From the NCBI RefSeq assembly GCF_001194135.2, contig NC_068984.1, forward strand, positions 37,463,385 to 37,507,789: DNA of 44,405 nt, written 5' to 3'. This DNA comes from Octopus bimaculoides (lineage: Eukaryota). Both the position numbers and the translations under genes were made by a program. Positions 9,727-23,699 of this stretch are shown piece by piece; the stretch's first letter is position 1, and every line of letters starts with the position of its first letter. Below the pieces are notes generated by a model. It did no database searches and was not told where the DNA came from. It worked only from the letters and a program-made list of their open reading frames with translations.

Positions 9727-9933
9727 AAAATTTTGGTTCAAGGCCAGAAGTTTAAGAAGTGGGCCAGTTCGATTACGTGTACCCCAGTACTCAACGGATA
9801 CTTATTTTCTCGATCCCGAAAGGATGTAAGGCCAAGTGAACTACGTTAGAATTTGGACTCAGAACATAGTGATTCGGAAGAAATACCCTAGGCATTTTGT
9901 CCCACACTCTAATGACTCTGCCAGCTCGCCGCC
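9727..9933 (-). mobile_element. tRNA-derived SINE (family A), near full length
   Basis: The minus strand starts GGCGGCGAGCTGGCAGAGTCATTAG (A-box-like) and continues with a body homologous to 4165-4640 and 38305-38518. Confidence 0.8.
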
Positions 9934-10639
9934 TAACGGTAAACTAATAGTAACACTAAGAAAACAAGAACGATACATTATAGCGACAAAATGATATTAC
10001 AAATTTCGAAGGAGTGTAACATAAGACTGTGGAATGGAAGTTTTGTTGTGGGTCTATTTTTGTTGCTCACTCCTTTAGCGCCTTTAAATTCAGAAAACCT
10101 TATCAGAGCGAATAATATGGGTTCTCATTAATGAATTTCATATCTTCTTAGATATTAGATATGTATTCCATGCTACTCAATTCACATTCGCAATTCATAG
10201 TAAGATCTGCTGTTAAACGTAATGCGACTCTACAAACAGGTAGATTACAGCACTTGTATATCTCACCAACACCTATGTGAAAATGCTGCCCATGGTGACA
10301 TTGCTTGAATTTTCATACGAATAAGTGTTTCGTACATCCAATTATGTGTTCCTGAATTGGCAAGATAATTCACAAACAACAAAGGTCCAATACTCTCTAG
10401 TGATTCGATTCCTCATTTTAGTTGTATAGAGGCTAAGGTGATTTCTTCTGTAGTTATTGTGCGAGCTAGAAAACAGCTGTTGTCGCTATGTATTGTTATG
10501 TCTTATTTATTCAGATCGAGATTTTACACCTCCAGTAACTTAATCTATTTAAAGAAACAAATTAATCAAATTTCAATCTGCTACCCGTAATCTGACAGGG
10601 CAATAGTACATTCAATTTTTCTCATTGTTCTTTACTGTA

Positions 10640-10830
10640 TGTCTCTCTTTTCTCTTTTCTTTTCGGCCTTTACATTAACCACCATCTCTGCTGCTCCCGG
10701 CCTTGCTGAAGCCAGTTTCTGGTGGCCTTGTTTTGTAGAGCGCACTCAATTCTCAAAACGTAGTTCGTAGGCGTTAGCGGAAAGCAACTCACCATATAGC
10801 CTTGTTGCATCTCACAATACGGCAGGCGAG
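10640..10830 (-). mobile_element. RTE-like LINE 3' remnant
   Basis: Minus-strand frames give RLP...RLYGEL and a K/R-rich end (RPKRKEKRE), resembling the RTE C-terminus. Decayed. Confidence 0.3.
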
Positions 10831-10984
10831 TTCATTTGTGATAATGCGATATTTCAGACTTTATAGTCAGGTAGTATCCGATATCAAAATGATTCATCAG
10901 AAGGTTGATTTTTTTTTTTTTGTACTTAACTATAAAAACGAGTCGGAAACTGGAGAAGAGATACCATTGCTGCTCAGTGATACC

Positions 10985-11019
<35 letters not shown>

Positions 11020-11020
<1 letters not shown>

Positions 11021-11156
11021 GCCATGATAGATCGCTGACCAAAACATTCAATTTTTTTTCTCCGTGTTTTTCTCCTTGTTTTCTCCGTATTCTTTCTGTT
11101 GAAGAGCGTAGCTCGAAACGTTAAAGACTTTCTCTATTCCCGAGCGTTAAACTAAT
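11020..11156 (+). mobile_element. Repeat family 2 carrying a hammerhead-like motif (probable PLE-type terminal repeat), cut by a gap
   Basis: Closely matches the reverse complement of about 44195-44330 (TTTTTTTCTCCGTG...TATTCCCGAGCGT..ACTAAT). Directly preceded by (TA)n. Confidence 0.7.
11091..11127 (+). ncRNA. Minimal type I hammerhead-like motif (family 2, CUGUUGA core)
   Basis: UCUUU-CUGUUGA-A-GAGC(GUA)GCUC-GAAAC-GUU-AAAGA. Stems I and II pair perfectly. Core position 6 is U instead of A. Confidence 0.6.
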
Positions 11157-11989
11157 NNNNNNNNNNNNNNNNNNNNNNNNNNNNNNNNNNNNNNNNNNNN
11201 NNNNNNNNNNNNNNNNNNNNNNNNNNNNNNNNNNNNNNNNNNNNNNNNNNNNNNNNNNNNNNNNNNNNNNNNNNNNNNNNNNAGGCTTAACTCTCTTCTG
11301 CAGTTCACAGTAGGGTATCCTTTCTTACGAATTACCAGCACTTACAAAGTGAAAACCCTATGTAACGTCAAGCTGAGGAGTGTCTTCCAAAACTTACAAC
11401 CCAGCACTGCAGTGGGAGTTACAAGTTAAAATAACGTACTTAAGCTGTAGTTTTAAAACTTTCACTGTGGAAGTTTAAACAAATGGAAATACACCGTTAT
11501 ATTCTTCGTGCACAGAAATATATTATTAAGATATTCTTCGTACACAATGAAATACTATTAAGATTATTTTTCATGTTGTGTGGGCCTTTCACTACTCAGG
11601 TATCTTTTCATCTTTTTTCCCGCGAAGGAAATTATAGAATTCGCTATTTAAATCGAACACAAAACAGAAATTAGATGTAAAGGCTTAGATATAATGGCTA
11701 TACCAATTTGTATAACGTATATTTTCTATTACACTGTGTGTTGTACATTAATATTTATTAAGTTAACTAGTAGAAAGACCAACTTCCGGCAGTTTTCTGT
11801 TCGCTGTTAAATAATAATATATGATAAATATATATTTAATTCCCAATTTATGTAATCTTTCTGATGTTGCGTCTAATTTTCTTTCGTACTTTTATTCTGT
11901 AACAGATAACGTTTCAGTATTTATCACTGTATTTGCTTATTAAGTATATTTTTCCTGTTGCTTCTCCTCTGTACGGTACCGATGGTGTT

Positions 11990-12134
11990 GTTGCTGTTGT
12001 GGTTATAGTTAATATCTATACAGCATGTACATCTTTCTTTTCACCAGCAGATCAGCAGCAACAGCAACATCTCAAACAGTGACAATAACAGTAGCGACAG
12101 CAACAATAGCGGCGGCAGCGGCGGAACTAGTAGC

Positions 12135-12193
<59 letters not shown>

Positions 12194-12365
12194 CAGTTGT
12201 TGTTGTTGTTGTTGTTGTTGTTGTTGCAGTTGCTGTTATTGCAGGCTACATTATCCAGCATGTCTTTTTTTAAGGACGTGTGGAATTTGCGAGAGACAGA
12301 GAGAGACAGAAAGAGACAGAGAGACAGAAAGAGACAGAGAGACAGAGAGAGACAGAGAGAGAGAT
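11990..12365. repeat. Compound low-complexity/microsatellite block (CAG/CAA, GTA, GTT, GAGACA)
   Basis: (GTA)n at about 12135-12193, (GTT)n at about 12196-12227 and GAGACA-type repeats at 12291-12364. Confidence 0.9.
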
Positions 12366-12759
12366 GTAGGTGCTGTTTCTAGCAGATCGCGTCATCACAT
12401 CGATGCTCCTTCGCTGGATTATGTCTGTTGCTGTTGTATGTGCGGTTAGTGTCATTCAGATGTGCAATGACATTAGAGAAAGTGAGATAAAAATGATAAT
12501 TTATGTTTATTAAGTTTATAGAAAGACGACAACGAATCGCTAAATCGTACAGCACACTTAATGATAACTGTAACGGTTAGAGTCGATGAGAAACGATTTA
12601 TGAATGAAGCTCGCAGATGAAGTGTATAAAATATATCTTGCTATCTTTACAATCATCTCTATCCATCCATTTCTATATCTCCATCCTCTCGTTGCCTCTT
12701 TCTCTCTCGTTAAATATCTCGTAATTTATCGGCCATTTTTTTTTACTTTCGTTTTCGTT

Positions 12760-12810
12760 GTCGTCGTCGTCGTCCTTGTTTTTGTTGTCGTTGTTTTGTT
12801 GTTGTTATTT

Positions 12811-12847
<37 letters not shown>

Positions 12848-12905
12848 CGTTGTTGATGTTGTTGCTGTTGTTTTTCTTGTTGTTGTTGTTACTACTGCTG
12901 CTGCT
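12760..12905. repeat. Imperfect (TTG)n microsatellite
   Basis: Read directly from the sequence. Confidence 0.9.
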
Positions 12906-13554
12906 TGTCTGTCTGTTGGCAGTGAGACAATGAAAAATTGAAAAATTCATTCGCAATTGAGCTGTAACAGATAAAATTAACAACGATTTTATAATGAAAA
13001 ATTAAATCTTAGAAATTAAAAAAGAATTCAACGACGTCGATATAGCCTTTTCTTAATGTTTAAAACAAAATAAGTGATTGAAGATTTTTAATTAATGGGA
13101 TTAATTTAATTTTTTTCTATTTTATTTTATTGCTGTAATAATGAAAACAAATAAAATTAAGAGTTATATTTTTTAATGGCTACTATCGAAAGAAATCATT
13201 AATGATAACTTGTTAATAATCTATTCTTTGTTTCTCTATTTTAAATTTTTAAATAGATGTTAAAGTATTTATAGAGTATGGTGACAAGGAAAAAAAATGT
13301 ATTATTTATTTCTCCTGACATCATTATGGAAATAATGAAATAGTTTATGCGTCTTCTCATCTGCGATTGCTGCTATTGCCTTAACGAGAAAAGAAAAATT
13401 AATTATTTAGATTTACAGACAATAAATCTGAGAAATTTATGCTAAATAAGGAATACTTTATCAAAGGGGAACGTACAGTAGGCAAAAAAAGGGATTTTTA
13501 ATTGTATGTATTTTTTGCTTAATGCACGACGTAGGGAAAGCCTGAACTAATAAC

Positions 13555-13915
13555 TGTAGGCATGGCCGTATTATGGAAATTTGCTGTGCAACCACGAGGT
13601 TTCGTGTTCAGTCCCACAGCGTTACACTTTCAATAAATGCTTTTACTATAGCTCTGGGCTGACCAATGTCTTGTGAGTGAATCTATTGAGTGGAGGCTGT
13701 GATGAAGTCCGCGTGTGTATGTATGTGTGTATGTATGTGTGTGTATGTGTGTGCGTGTGTGTGTATGTTACTATCTGTATGCTTGTTTGTATGCGCGCGT
13801 GACTGTGCGTGTGTCTTTATGCTTATGCTTGTTTCCTACCATTCTTTCACACTAGGTGTCGCTTTGTTTATCTTCGGATGACATAGTATTCGAGCCAAGA
13901 AAAAAAGACCATGCT
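13555..13915 (+). mobile_element. SINE family B, degenerate copy
   Basis: GTTTCGTGTTCAGTCCCACAGCG..TACTATAGCTCTGGGCTGACCAATGTCTTGTGAGTG is homologous to 610-700. It is followed by a TG/TATG linker and a decayed 3' half. Confidence 0.65.
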
Positions 13916-13993
13916 TGGCAGAACACCGGTCACGTGGAAGGAAAGGAGAGAGATAAGAGCAGAGGTATTGAAGAATTAGGGGAAGAACATACA

Positions 13994-14046
<53 letters not shown>

Positions 14047-14135
14047 NNNNNNNNNNNNNNNNNNNNNNNNNNNNNNNNNNNNNNNNNNNNNNNNNNNNNN
14101 NNNGTGTGTGTTTGTGTGTGTGTTTGTGTGTGTGT

Positions 14136-14189
<54 letters not shown>

Positions 14190-15748
14190 TTATATAAACA
14201 TGTATATTGCTAACCAGCCACCAGTAAGATAAAAGTAGCTATTATATTTCCTTTCAATACACCGCATATATTACTCGATCCACGGGACAAGAATTGAGTA
14301 TGGTCACTCAAATCGTTATAAATAAAAACTCACATATCTCTCAAATCGCATACTAGTCTTAGAAAGAAAGAACACATCGTAAAATATAATCCTAGATGCA
14401 CTTGACCTGAAAAAATAAATTGTACAGGCACGGTTGTTAAGCCATTGTCAAATCTGCTCACCTCAATAAGTATAACAACCAAAATCCAAACTTATTATTA
14501 ATAAAAGACGTTCATTGGTGGATTAATTGGTTGACTAATCCAGTAGTATGTAACGGTGTAGTTATGTTGAAGATGAAGATGATGATGATGCTGAAAGAAA
14601 GACAGTGGCCGAAGTTGTTGATAATATATTTTATTCACCGTTACATATTATGTAAAGCCAAGCTACGACGGACAGTCATGTCTATAAACAAGTCGAATGC
14701 AAGCAATGTATCGAAAGTTATATTTTCTTGAATAACGTTGCTGTTTCGTTTTTGCCAACTACCAGCTGGTAGGATAGAGATCAGAGAACGATCGAGTGAA
14801 CTTATGTGTCTGTAAGTTTAAAAAGTAGATAGCATGAAACTTACATGTCCCTCGTCGTTTTAGCAGCAGTCAATAGCTAGATAAAGTGATGTTACTGAAG
14901 CGAAAGCTGAGCAAGAAACTGAGAGAGTGGAGGGCGAGACAACTGTATCACTAGTGAATTCCATAGCTCTGTCTGACGGTACCTATGTCGTGACGGTTGA
15001 CCTCTCTGTCTGATTTTCTCCTTACAGAATCCTCGTATTTATATTGGTACAGACCAGCTAGAAAAATGGATATTCTATTATAACCATGGCTAAATTATTG
15101 TAGGTCACTCGTTATTTATCTGAACTTTCCATGGTATAGAAAGATATCATAAGTTACGTGGAAAACACATAGATCAGCGTTCCTTTTTGACACAGATAAT
15201 AAGCTGTATGGCTAAGGAGAATGTCCAGATTCGGTTTCTAATCTCAACCAGAGAGAGAAATTCTATTTCCACAAGTATAATTATTATTTTAGGTATCATC
15301 CTTCTAGAATGGTATGATACCATGCAAAGAAATGGAGAAGAGAAAACTCTTCAGCGTACCAGTAGATTTAAAGCAAGATCTACTTTGGAACAGTTTAGTG
15401 ATGGCTGACAAGGCAGTACCAAAAGATAGGGACAACTTGACAGTGTTTTTACTGTATCGCGGGACTAGACGACAAAAATATACGACAAATAATCTATTGA
15501 AGTTACTGAAGTTTTAGAGAATACAGAAATAGCATGTCTGATACAAACAGTACAAGAAATAATGATACAAGAAAAACTACACAAGTGTGGAAGGACTTGA
15601 AAAAGAACCGAGCGCGTATGGACAGAAGGATCATCGAAAAGGAAAGTATTGTGAAACAAAATCAATATAATATATATGTGTGTGTATGCATGTATTGTGA
15701 TGTACGTATCTATATATATGTATGTGTGTGTATGTTTACGTGTTCATA

Positions 15749-15785
<37 letters not shown>

Positions 15786-15944
15786 NNNNNNNNNNNNNNN
15801 NNNNNNNNNNNNNNNNNNNNNNNNNNNNNNNNNNNNNNNNNATGGGGGAGAGAGAGAGCGTGATGGATAGATAGACCGACAAAGAGACAGACGAACATCC
15901 AGACGGTCAGAAGATAGATACAGATATACAGATAAGCATGCAAA

Positions 15945-15965
15945 CGCATAGATTGATAGATAGAC

Positions 15966-16036
<71 letters not shown>

Positions 16037-16125
16037 CGGATGGACGGACGGACTGACAGACAGACAGACAGACATGCAGACAGACAGGCAGGCAGACAGA
16101 CAGACAGGCAGACAGAAAGGCAAGC
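15945..16125. repeat. (GATA)n / (GACA)n / (GGCA) compound tetranucleotide microsatellite
   Basis: Read directly. A similar block occurs at 17210-17395. Confidence 0.9.
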
Positions 16126-16452
16126 AGATTATAGTCGAATACACTAGGAATGTGTATAGCAAGATGATTGGGACGTTTTCAGGTAAACCTCAGAACTGGA
16201 ATTACATAGCACTGGGCAATTTCAAATCCAAGTATCACTGAACACATCCCAAATATATGAACCTTCTAGTTATCTGCCTACACGATTGGAATAGGCTGTT
16301 AGGCAACCCTCGTTCTCTTTATCTTCCTTCATCTGAGTATTCAATGCTGTTTCCCTTTTTCAATACCTCGCTATATTTCTATCATCTACCTCTCTCTCCT
16401 TATCTCACGAAAACACTCGAACACACATATTAGTGTGAATACCAGGACACTT

Positions 16453-16488
<36 letters not shown>

Positions 16489-16924
16489 ATACTCGTACTT
16501 TGTCTCATATTGAAGATGACATCTAATTGTAGTTTATTAACTATTGCTTTTCTCTCCGCACTTTTTCGTTTTCTGTCTATAGCATTCTCTCTACGCGCAC
16601 ATGTGTATGTGTGTGTACGTTGTGCATGTATTGATATTTATGACTGAGTGAACATGTGTGTTAAAAACATTAAGAATAAATAATTGTTTATCCAAGACAA
16701 TAAATATCTATTCATTCCGCAGAAAGTCACTTGTTTGACATTTCTTGTCCAAAATTATCAAGACAAACGTGATCAGTTTGTTTTGATATTGAAGTGATAA
16801 AATTGTAGTTTTGACCTTCATACCGTTCTCAGGAGATTTCAGCAGCGAACGAAGCCAGGCACTCAGTACGTAGCTAATTGTGTGAATTCATATGTGCGTA
16901 TGCCTGTGTATATGCATGTGTAAA

Positions 16925-16975
<51 letters not shown>

Positions 16976-17342
16976 TCACTTTTAGCTTGGCTCTAGAATC
17001 CACAACCAGCTCTGCAAGTTGCGACGTTTCGTAAATGAGCACGTCTATGTAGACAATGCAATCGAAGATTAAAAACAAAATAGGTAATGTGTGTATACGC
17101 ACATTTCAAAATTTATTGCTCTTTCATCAGTACTACATACAACCAATAAACCATCCACGATGACATTGGTTAAATAACCTTTAAATTTAGCAATGTAACA
17201 CAATTTATACACACACACACGCATACATACATACATACATACATGCATACATACATATATACATGCATACATATAGAGAGATAGAGAGAGAGGGACAGAC
17301 AGACAGGCAAACAGACAGGCAGACAGACAGACAGGCAGTTAC

Positions 17343-17392
<50 letters not shown>

Positions 17393-17442
17393 GTAAACAT
17401 ATATAGGTTCATGCATACGTAAATATTTATTTACAACATATG

Positions 17443-17475
<33 letters not shown>

Positions 17476-17994
17476 NNNNNNNNNNNNNNNNNNNNNNNNN
17501 NNNNNNNNNNNNNNNNNNNNNNNNNNNNNNNNNNNNNNNNNNNNNNNNNNNNNNNNNNNNNNNNNNNNNNNNNNNNNNNNNNNNNNNNNNNNNNNNNNNN
17601 NNNNNNNNNNNNNNNNNNNNNNNNNNNNNNNNNNNNNNNNNNNNNNNNNNNNNNNNNNNNNNNNNNNNNNNNNNNNNNNNNNNNNNNNNNNNNNNNNNNN
17701 NNNNNNNNNNNNNNNNNNNNNNNNNNNNNNNNNNNNNNNNNNNNNNNNNNNNNNNNNNNNNNNNNNNNNNNNNNNNNNNNNNNNNNNNNNNNNNNNNNNN
17801 NNNNNNNNNNNNNNNNNNNNNNNNNNNNNNNNNNNNNNNNNNNNNNNNNNNNNNNATATATACTGTTGTGTCTGAGGAGAGTCATTCTTTTTTAGAGCCT
17901 TATTATTTAACACACTCACCAGTTAAGTTTCCACTCATCTATTTATTTTTCTAAAATTTTCGTTACATCTTGCAACCTTTTCAATAGTCGCTAA

Positions 17995-18664
17995 CTCTTT
18001 CTGTTATTTGAGCTGCGGTCTTTTTGTTTGTTTGTGCGCATGTGTGTGGGTCAGTGTGCGTGCGCATGCCCATATGTATGTATATATGTATGTATGTATG
18101 TATGAATGTATGCATGTATGTGTGTGTATGCATGTATATGTGCGTGTGTGTGTGTATGCATATATATATATATGTATGTGTGTACGTTTGAATGTATGTA
18201 TTTTGCATATTCATGTTTGTGTGTTCGTGTTGCGTTTGTATTGCGTGTGTGTTTGCATGTGTGTGTGTGTGTTTGCATGTCTGAATGTATCTGTGTATGG
18301 GCTTTTGTGACCATGTACTGCGTCTGTTATGTATAGATGTGTGTCTCCATATGTGTTCTTGTGGGAAGTGAAGTGTGTGTGCATATGGTCACATGTTTCA
18401 GTTTTCATTTATGCATGTATGTGTGTATGTGTACATGCCTGTTCATATTACCTATGTACCTATTTATCTGTATGTCTATCTGTTTACATTCATATCCATT
18501 TACCTACATACATATGCATATACATATACGTATACATATCCATATATACACATACACACAAACACACACACATACATACAGCTACATAACAGCTTACTAA
18601 CTATTCTACCTGTGTGTGTGTATATATATGTGTGTGTGCGTGTGTGTGTGTGTGTGTGTATGTG

Positions 18665-18759
<95 letters not shown>

Positions 18760-18760
18760 A
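17995..18760. repeat. Extended TG/TA/TATG low-complexity tract ending in a pure (TG)n run
   Basis: Read directly. Accounts for the many C/V- and H/T-rich ORFs in the track. Confidence 0.9.
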
Positions 18761-19117
18761 AACTGTGGATATAGGGGTATGACTACCTACTACGTATATT
18801 TCCTATTTAGTACTGGGATGTTTCATTTATGAGGACGTACACCTACATTTGTCAGAGTGTGTCGTTCTTCGGGTGCTTGGATAAAATGCGGATGTCATGT
18901 TGGTCTAGGTTGCCTCCATGCTGGTCTTTGACATGTTGGTAGAGTATAGAGTACTGTTTTTTTTTGCCGCCATATTGTCTCAAATGGTTATTTAGTCTTT
19001 CCGCAATGCTCCTGGATGTCTCACCTATGTGTTCTTGTCTTTACAAGCACCTTGTGTGTGTGCATGTGTCTGTTTGTCCGTCTGTGTCTATGTCTGTGTA
19101 TATGTGTGTGCGTATGT

Positions 19118-19375
19118 GGAGGTATATGGCCTAGTGGTCAGAGCAGTGGACTCGCGGTCGAGGGATCGCGGTTTCGAATCTCAGACTGGGCGATGTGTGT
19201 TTATGAGCGAAACACCTAAGCTCCATGCAGCTCTGGCAGAAGATAATGGCGAACTTCTGCTGGCTCTTTCTCCACAACTTTCTATCACTCTTTCCACCTG
19301 CATCTAACAGCTCGCCTGCGACGAGCTGGGAACCTATGCGCCAATGGAACCGAGAAACCGGCCCTTATGAGGAAC
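19118..19375 (+). mobile_element. tRNA-derived SINE (family C)
   Basis: A box TGGCCTAGTGG and B-box-like GTTTCGAATCT at tRNA spacing, followed by an unrelated body and an (ACA)n tail at about 19376-19390. Confidence 0.75.
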
Positions 19376-19564
19376 AAACAACAACAACAATATATATACT
19401 ATATCCTTTATACGTCTGAAAATTCTCGATTGATATTTTGTAAAAATATATCATTTATATTTCGTTTGGCGTGCATACTTCTTAGATTAATATAGCCAGT
19501 CATAACTCGTGAGCGACTATGGACTGGTAACATGTACTATATTTTTCTTTTATTGTTTTAAGTA

Positions 19565-19765
19565 CCCGTATGTTAGCGAACACTCATAGACATCAGTTCT
19601 GCTCCTCTCAGCCTGAGATGTGAGAGCTGGACCATCACGTGGGTGTAGTTTACATCTGAGTAGATTGGACAATGTTAAATAATTGCCTTGCTCAAAATCA
19701 AAACGCGATGCTCGGTGTAGGAAATATACCCACAGCTTTATAAACATGAACTGATCACCTTAACT
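19565..19765 (-). mobile_element. Degenerate SINE (minus strand)
   Basis: The minus strand contains a SINE core-like TTGAGCAAGGCAATTATTT..TTGTCCAATCTACTCAG after a decayed tRNA-like head. Confidence 0.45.
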
Positions 19766-19819
19766 AGGCCAAACGCTTTCAACAACTCTTAGAATATAGA
19801 AATGAGCTCTTTCCCTTTA

Positions 19820-20140
19820 AAAAACATAACATAATCTCCAGAACTATTGTGAAAAATACATCAAAAATAGGTCGAAAATGGAGAATACAAGAGAAATTAA
19901 TAAAAGACTAGCAAATAATTATAAAATTATACAAGCAGCGATTCAACAGCCATATTTCCTCTTTAGACACATCAGTAAGAGAAATGCGTTAAAATTAGCC
20001 GACTATAACTAGAAATTAAAGCAGAGAGCTTCCAATTAAAAATATCAAATATAATTTTATTAAAAGATCAAAGCTTTACAAGAAAAGAAATAAAAATTAT
20101 TTTGCTCTACGAGAAAAAACACCTCACTCTCAAAAATGTA
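19820..20140 (+). mobile_element. Decayed PLE GIY-YIG endonuclease remnant (different PLE lineage)
   Basis: Frameshifted KQRFNSHISS.RHISKRNALKLADY...LREK resembles the GIY-YIG helix and C-terminus of PLEs. Confidence 0.5.
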
Positions 20141-20595
20141 TAAAACAATGATCTCTGTTAGAGAACCAAGTCAAATATTTTAGGGGAGGGTTGTAATTTT
20201 GAGAAGGATCTATTTTGTAACTGTATGGTATCACATTTACCGGACTTACATAAGCATACAAACACAATTCTTTACTCTTTTGTAAATCCCTCTTATTTTC
20301 TACTTTTTAATATAGTTTCTTCACATGCGACAATAAAATTTTCTGGTAGTCTTAAAGGTATATAACTACCTTCTAACAACTCAGAGTTAGGCGCACAATT
20401 GGAAATATAAGTTGTTTTTTTTTCAGTATATGACTCCGGAAACACTGGAACGAAGAGTATACTCTGATAAATATCCCCAAAAAAACTAACTCAGTCACGA
20501 TAACAAAAATCTGTGGTTTGAATTACTTCATACACACTTGCATACATTTTCATTCAGCCTTATATGTGCGCGCGCACGTGTGGGCGTATGTGTGC

Positions 20596-20653
<58 letters not shown>

Positions 20654-20826
20654 TTTGTGCGTGTGTGTTCACTGCTGATTCTTGATTCCTTAAGATTACT
20701 TACCCTTCTCATTCAGAGTCAGTTGCATTTGTCACATCTTACTCTACTTTCTCTCAAACCGAAGATGACATTTTTCGTCCTTGCTATAGACATTCATGTC
20801 ACTAACCATGCTGAGGTATTTTCCGG

Positions 20827-20882
<56 letters not shown>

Positions 20883-21013
20883 GCCATTCTATATAGTTTT
20901 GGCACTGAAATCAAACCTTATTACTTATATGTGTGTATGCAGATGTGTCTGCATTTGGACGCGCTTGTATGCGTTTGTACGTTTGTATGGCTTTATTTCT
21001 TTCCTTCTGTGCT

Positions 21014-21061
<48 letters not shown>

Positions 21062-22449
21062 AGTTTATGTATGTATGTATGTATGTATGCATATGTATGT
21101 ATGTCTTTATAGTTCACTCTCCTTTTCTTCCTCTTTCTGTTCCTCTCTACGTGTTTTCATATTGAAGAACAGTTCTAATTAGGAACAACAGTTAAGTGGT
21201 CCCTCACTCTATCGAGTATTTTCCTTTCCTTTTCTTCTCCCTCTGCTTATCTCACATTACATTTCTCCTAATTGAATCCTGCTCTTTTCACACATCTCTA
21301 AAAACCATTATGTAGTGAAGTGTCTATATTACATCCAAAAATCGCCAGTAATGGGTGTATATCAGCTGTTATAATGGAACCAAGTGAAAAGCTTCAGCTG
21401 GTATTCTATTACACCATTCGACTTTTAACATTTCTGAAACCAAAGCCAAATACAAGGTTTGCATTAAGAAATCTGCTTATGTGATAAAATGGAATTGTTA
21501 AAAATCGACCATATACGCTATGACGGTATCTCGGTGTTACTATGTCAAGGTTGATGGCTTAGTTCGTGTTGTATTTGCAACTGACTCCTATCTTTGGCGT
21601 GTAAAGAAGACGAGCTGATTATCATCTTGCGAACTAGCAAGGGAGCTTCAACACGGTTGTTCTATCTATTAAAAGTAACAGCCACATCTTTGTATTTCTA
21701 CGAGAAATCCATTTACAATTCATGTCAGATATTTATATATGAATATATACTTCATTCGCTAAAATTAGGAACTATGGGTCTCTCTACCTACTATAAATTG
21801 AATAACAACTTAATTCATTTCACATTATAACCTAGCTGCTTTAAAGTCAGACATGGTAGTTATGATTGGAACGCCTTTGTATATAGGTCTGCTCAGCCAG
21901 CACTGGCCTGGTCAATCAGAATCAGAATCTTTTGAATATATTCTGATGCTAGCATACCATTAGTATAGCCTTCAGGACAATTCACATGAAAAAACTACTT
22001 TTACGAGCTTCGCGTCGGCTCCCACAGCTCAGGTAAGAGACGGAGAACGATTTCCAAGCGTTGGAAGTTCAAACTCCAAATAATTGAACTACTGCTACAG
22101 AGATAAACGATAGTAGCAGTAACAACATGACTACACTAACAAAAGCAACAATAGTTGCAGCAGTAACTGTAGCAAAGACGGCCTTGTACCCACGGAATTA
22201 GATGAGGCTTTTTTAATCGTTGAAAGTTCAAAGTTAAAAGAAATAAAACCACTGCTATAAAGGTAGTAATAGTAAAAACAATGATATTAACATAAAAGTA
22301 ACAATAGTGGCAACAACAGCAATGACAAGAAAGGTAACAGCGATGGCAGCGGCGACGGCTTAGGCACTAATGGTAACAATAACATCAGCAGTAATGAAAA
22401 TAGCAAAATATTTCTTTTGCCAAGACTGACATTTTCGAATTTGTCTCCC

Positions 22450-23200
22450 GACAAAAAGAGGACCATTCATAACAGGCGGATAAACACCTCAAGAAATTTG
22501 AACAGAGAAAGATTACGCTCATATACTGCAACATTTTAAAGACCAAACAGAGAGAAAACCAATTCTGTTAACATACTTATCTACGAAAAGACACAAATAA
22601 GAGTGTACATCTTTAGATAAATCTGGACTCTATTTGAAAAAAAAATTGTGGGACATGCAAATAAGTTCAGATACATCAGAGTTATTTTCTGTTCGGAAAT
22701 CCTTATACAGAACCACTTTAACGTCCCGCAAAAAAACTAGATTTTTCACTAATACCCATCAATGGGATACGGAGAGTGATACATATAAAGTCCAGCCTAA
22801 TGGATGTCGCATGAGGGCAGCAACTGCAGGTAGTAGTAGACAGTAGAAGGCCTCACTTCCACAACTGTGAAAACACTAATCACCTTAAGGCTTTTTGCCC
22901 TCAACAACAGCAGAAAATGAGAGGTGCAAGAAAGCCTGCACTACTACCAACGCCACATCTACACCAACGACAACTGCAGCAACCACAACAGCTACAACAA
23001 TTACAACAATAGCATGCAAACGCAGCAAATGACTGCAGCACCAGCTACAAAACTGGAAGGAGCACCGACAGTAAGAGCAGCAAGAATAGCTTCAACAACT
23101 GAAGCAACAGCAACAAAATCAACAGAAGTTACACCGACATCGCGGCACACTACATCCGCATCACATACAATAGCTACAACAGCAAAAAGCCCCTAAACGG
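22450..23200 (+). mobile_element. L1/Tx1-like ORF1 (gag-like) remnant
   Basis: LQVVVDSRRPH-F-HN-C-ENTN-H-LKAF-C-P at 22824-22901 has exact C-X2-C-X4-H-X4-C spacing, with the first Cys codon read as TTC (one change from TGC). It is followed by a T/A/Q-rich low-complexity region. Confidence 0.55.
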
Positions 23201-23699
23201 CAACAAATCTACCCACAACAGAGAAAAACCACAACCTTGCGAAGACATGCCCCTCCCCGGATCACATTATGTTGAATGGTGGACGTGATAGTGAGGAATC
23301 TAAATGACAAAATGTTACTAATGTAAAGGAAAGGAAAAAGATAGAACTCGAGATGTGAACTAATGGGAATGATTCTTTTGAGCAACAATTCACCAGACCC
23401 ACCCCTCAACAGCAGCTGCACCAATATTGTCAACAACATTATCCCCATCACCACTACCACCACCACCACAGACCCCACAATTAGAAGTATAAGCCCAGCC
23501 TAACTCACACACGCTGCAAAAGGCAGGCACACCAAAAGGCAGAACATACATTTAACATGGACAAAAATAGAAATCATTAATTCCACAGCCATAAACACAA
23601 GCAATAAAACTAATGGATTACATAAACCATCATCCAAGTAATACATACAATAAAACATTACCTTAACTGTAATGCGTGCATTCTAACACATAACACAAT

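Noticed and set aside
15026-15660. Strong acceptor at about 15026 and short ORFs (NPRIYIGTD..; possible RTE C-terminal relic)
   Set aside because: All frames close quickly and the similarities are too weak to call.
17950-17990. Hammerhead-like shape on the minus strand (CUAUUGA..GUUGCA-aga-UGUAAC-GAAA-AUUU) in a repeat next to (TA)n
   Set aside because: Two core mismatches, extra linker bases and no convincing stem I; only one copy is available in the window.
21976-22032. 57-nt candidate exon (CAG acceptor, CAG/GTAAGA donor; DNSHEKTTFTSFASAPTAQ or MKKLLLRASRRLPQL)
   Set aside because: Isolated, no recognisable homology, and adjacent to a retroelement relic; splice-like sites are common in AT-rich DNA.
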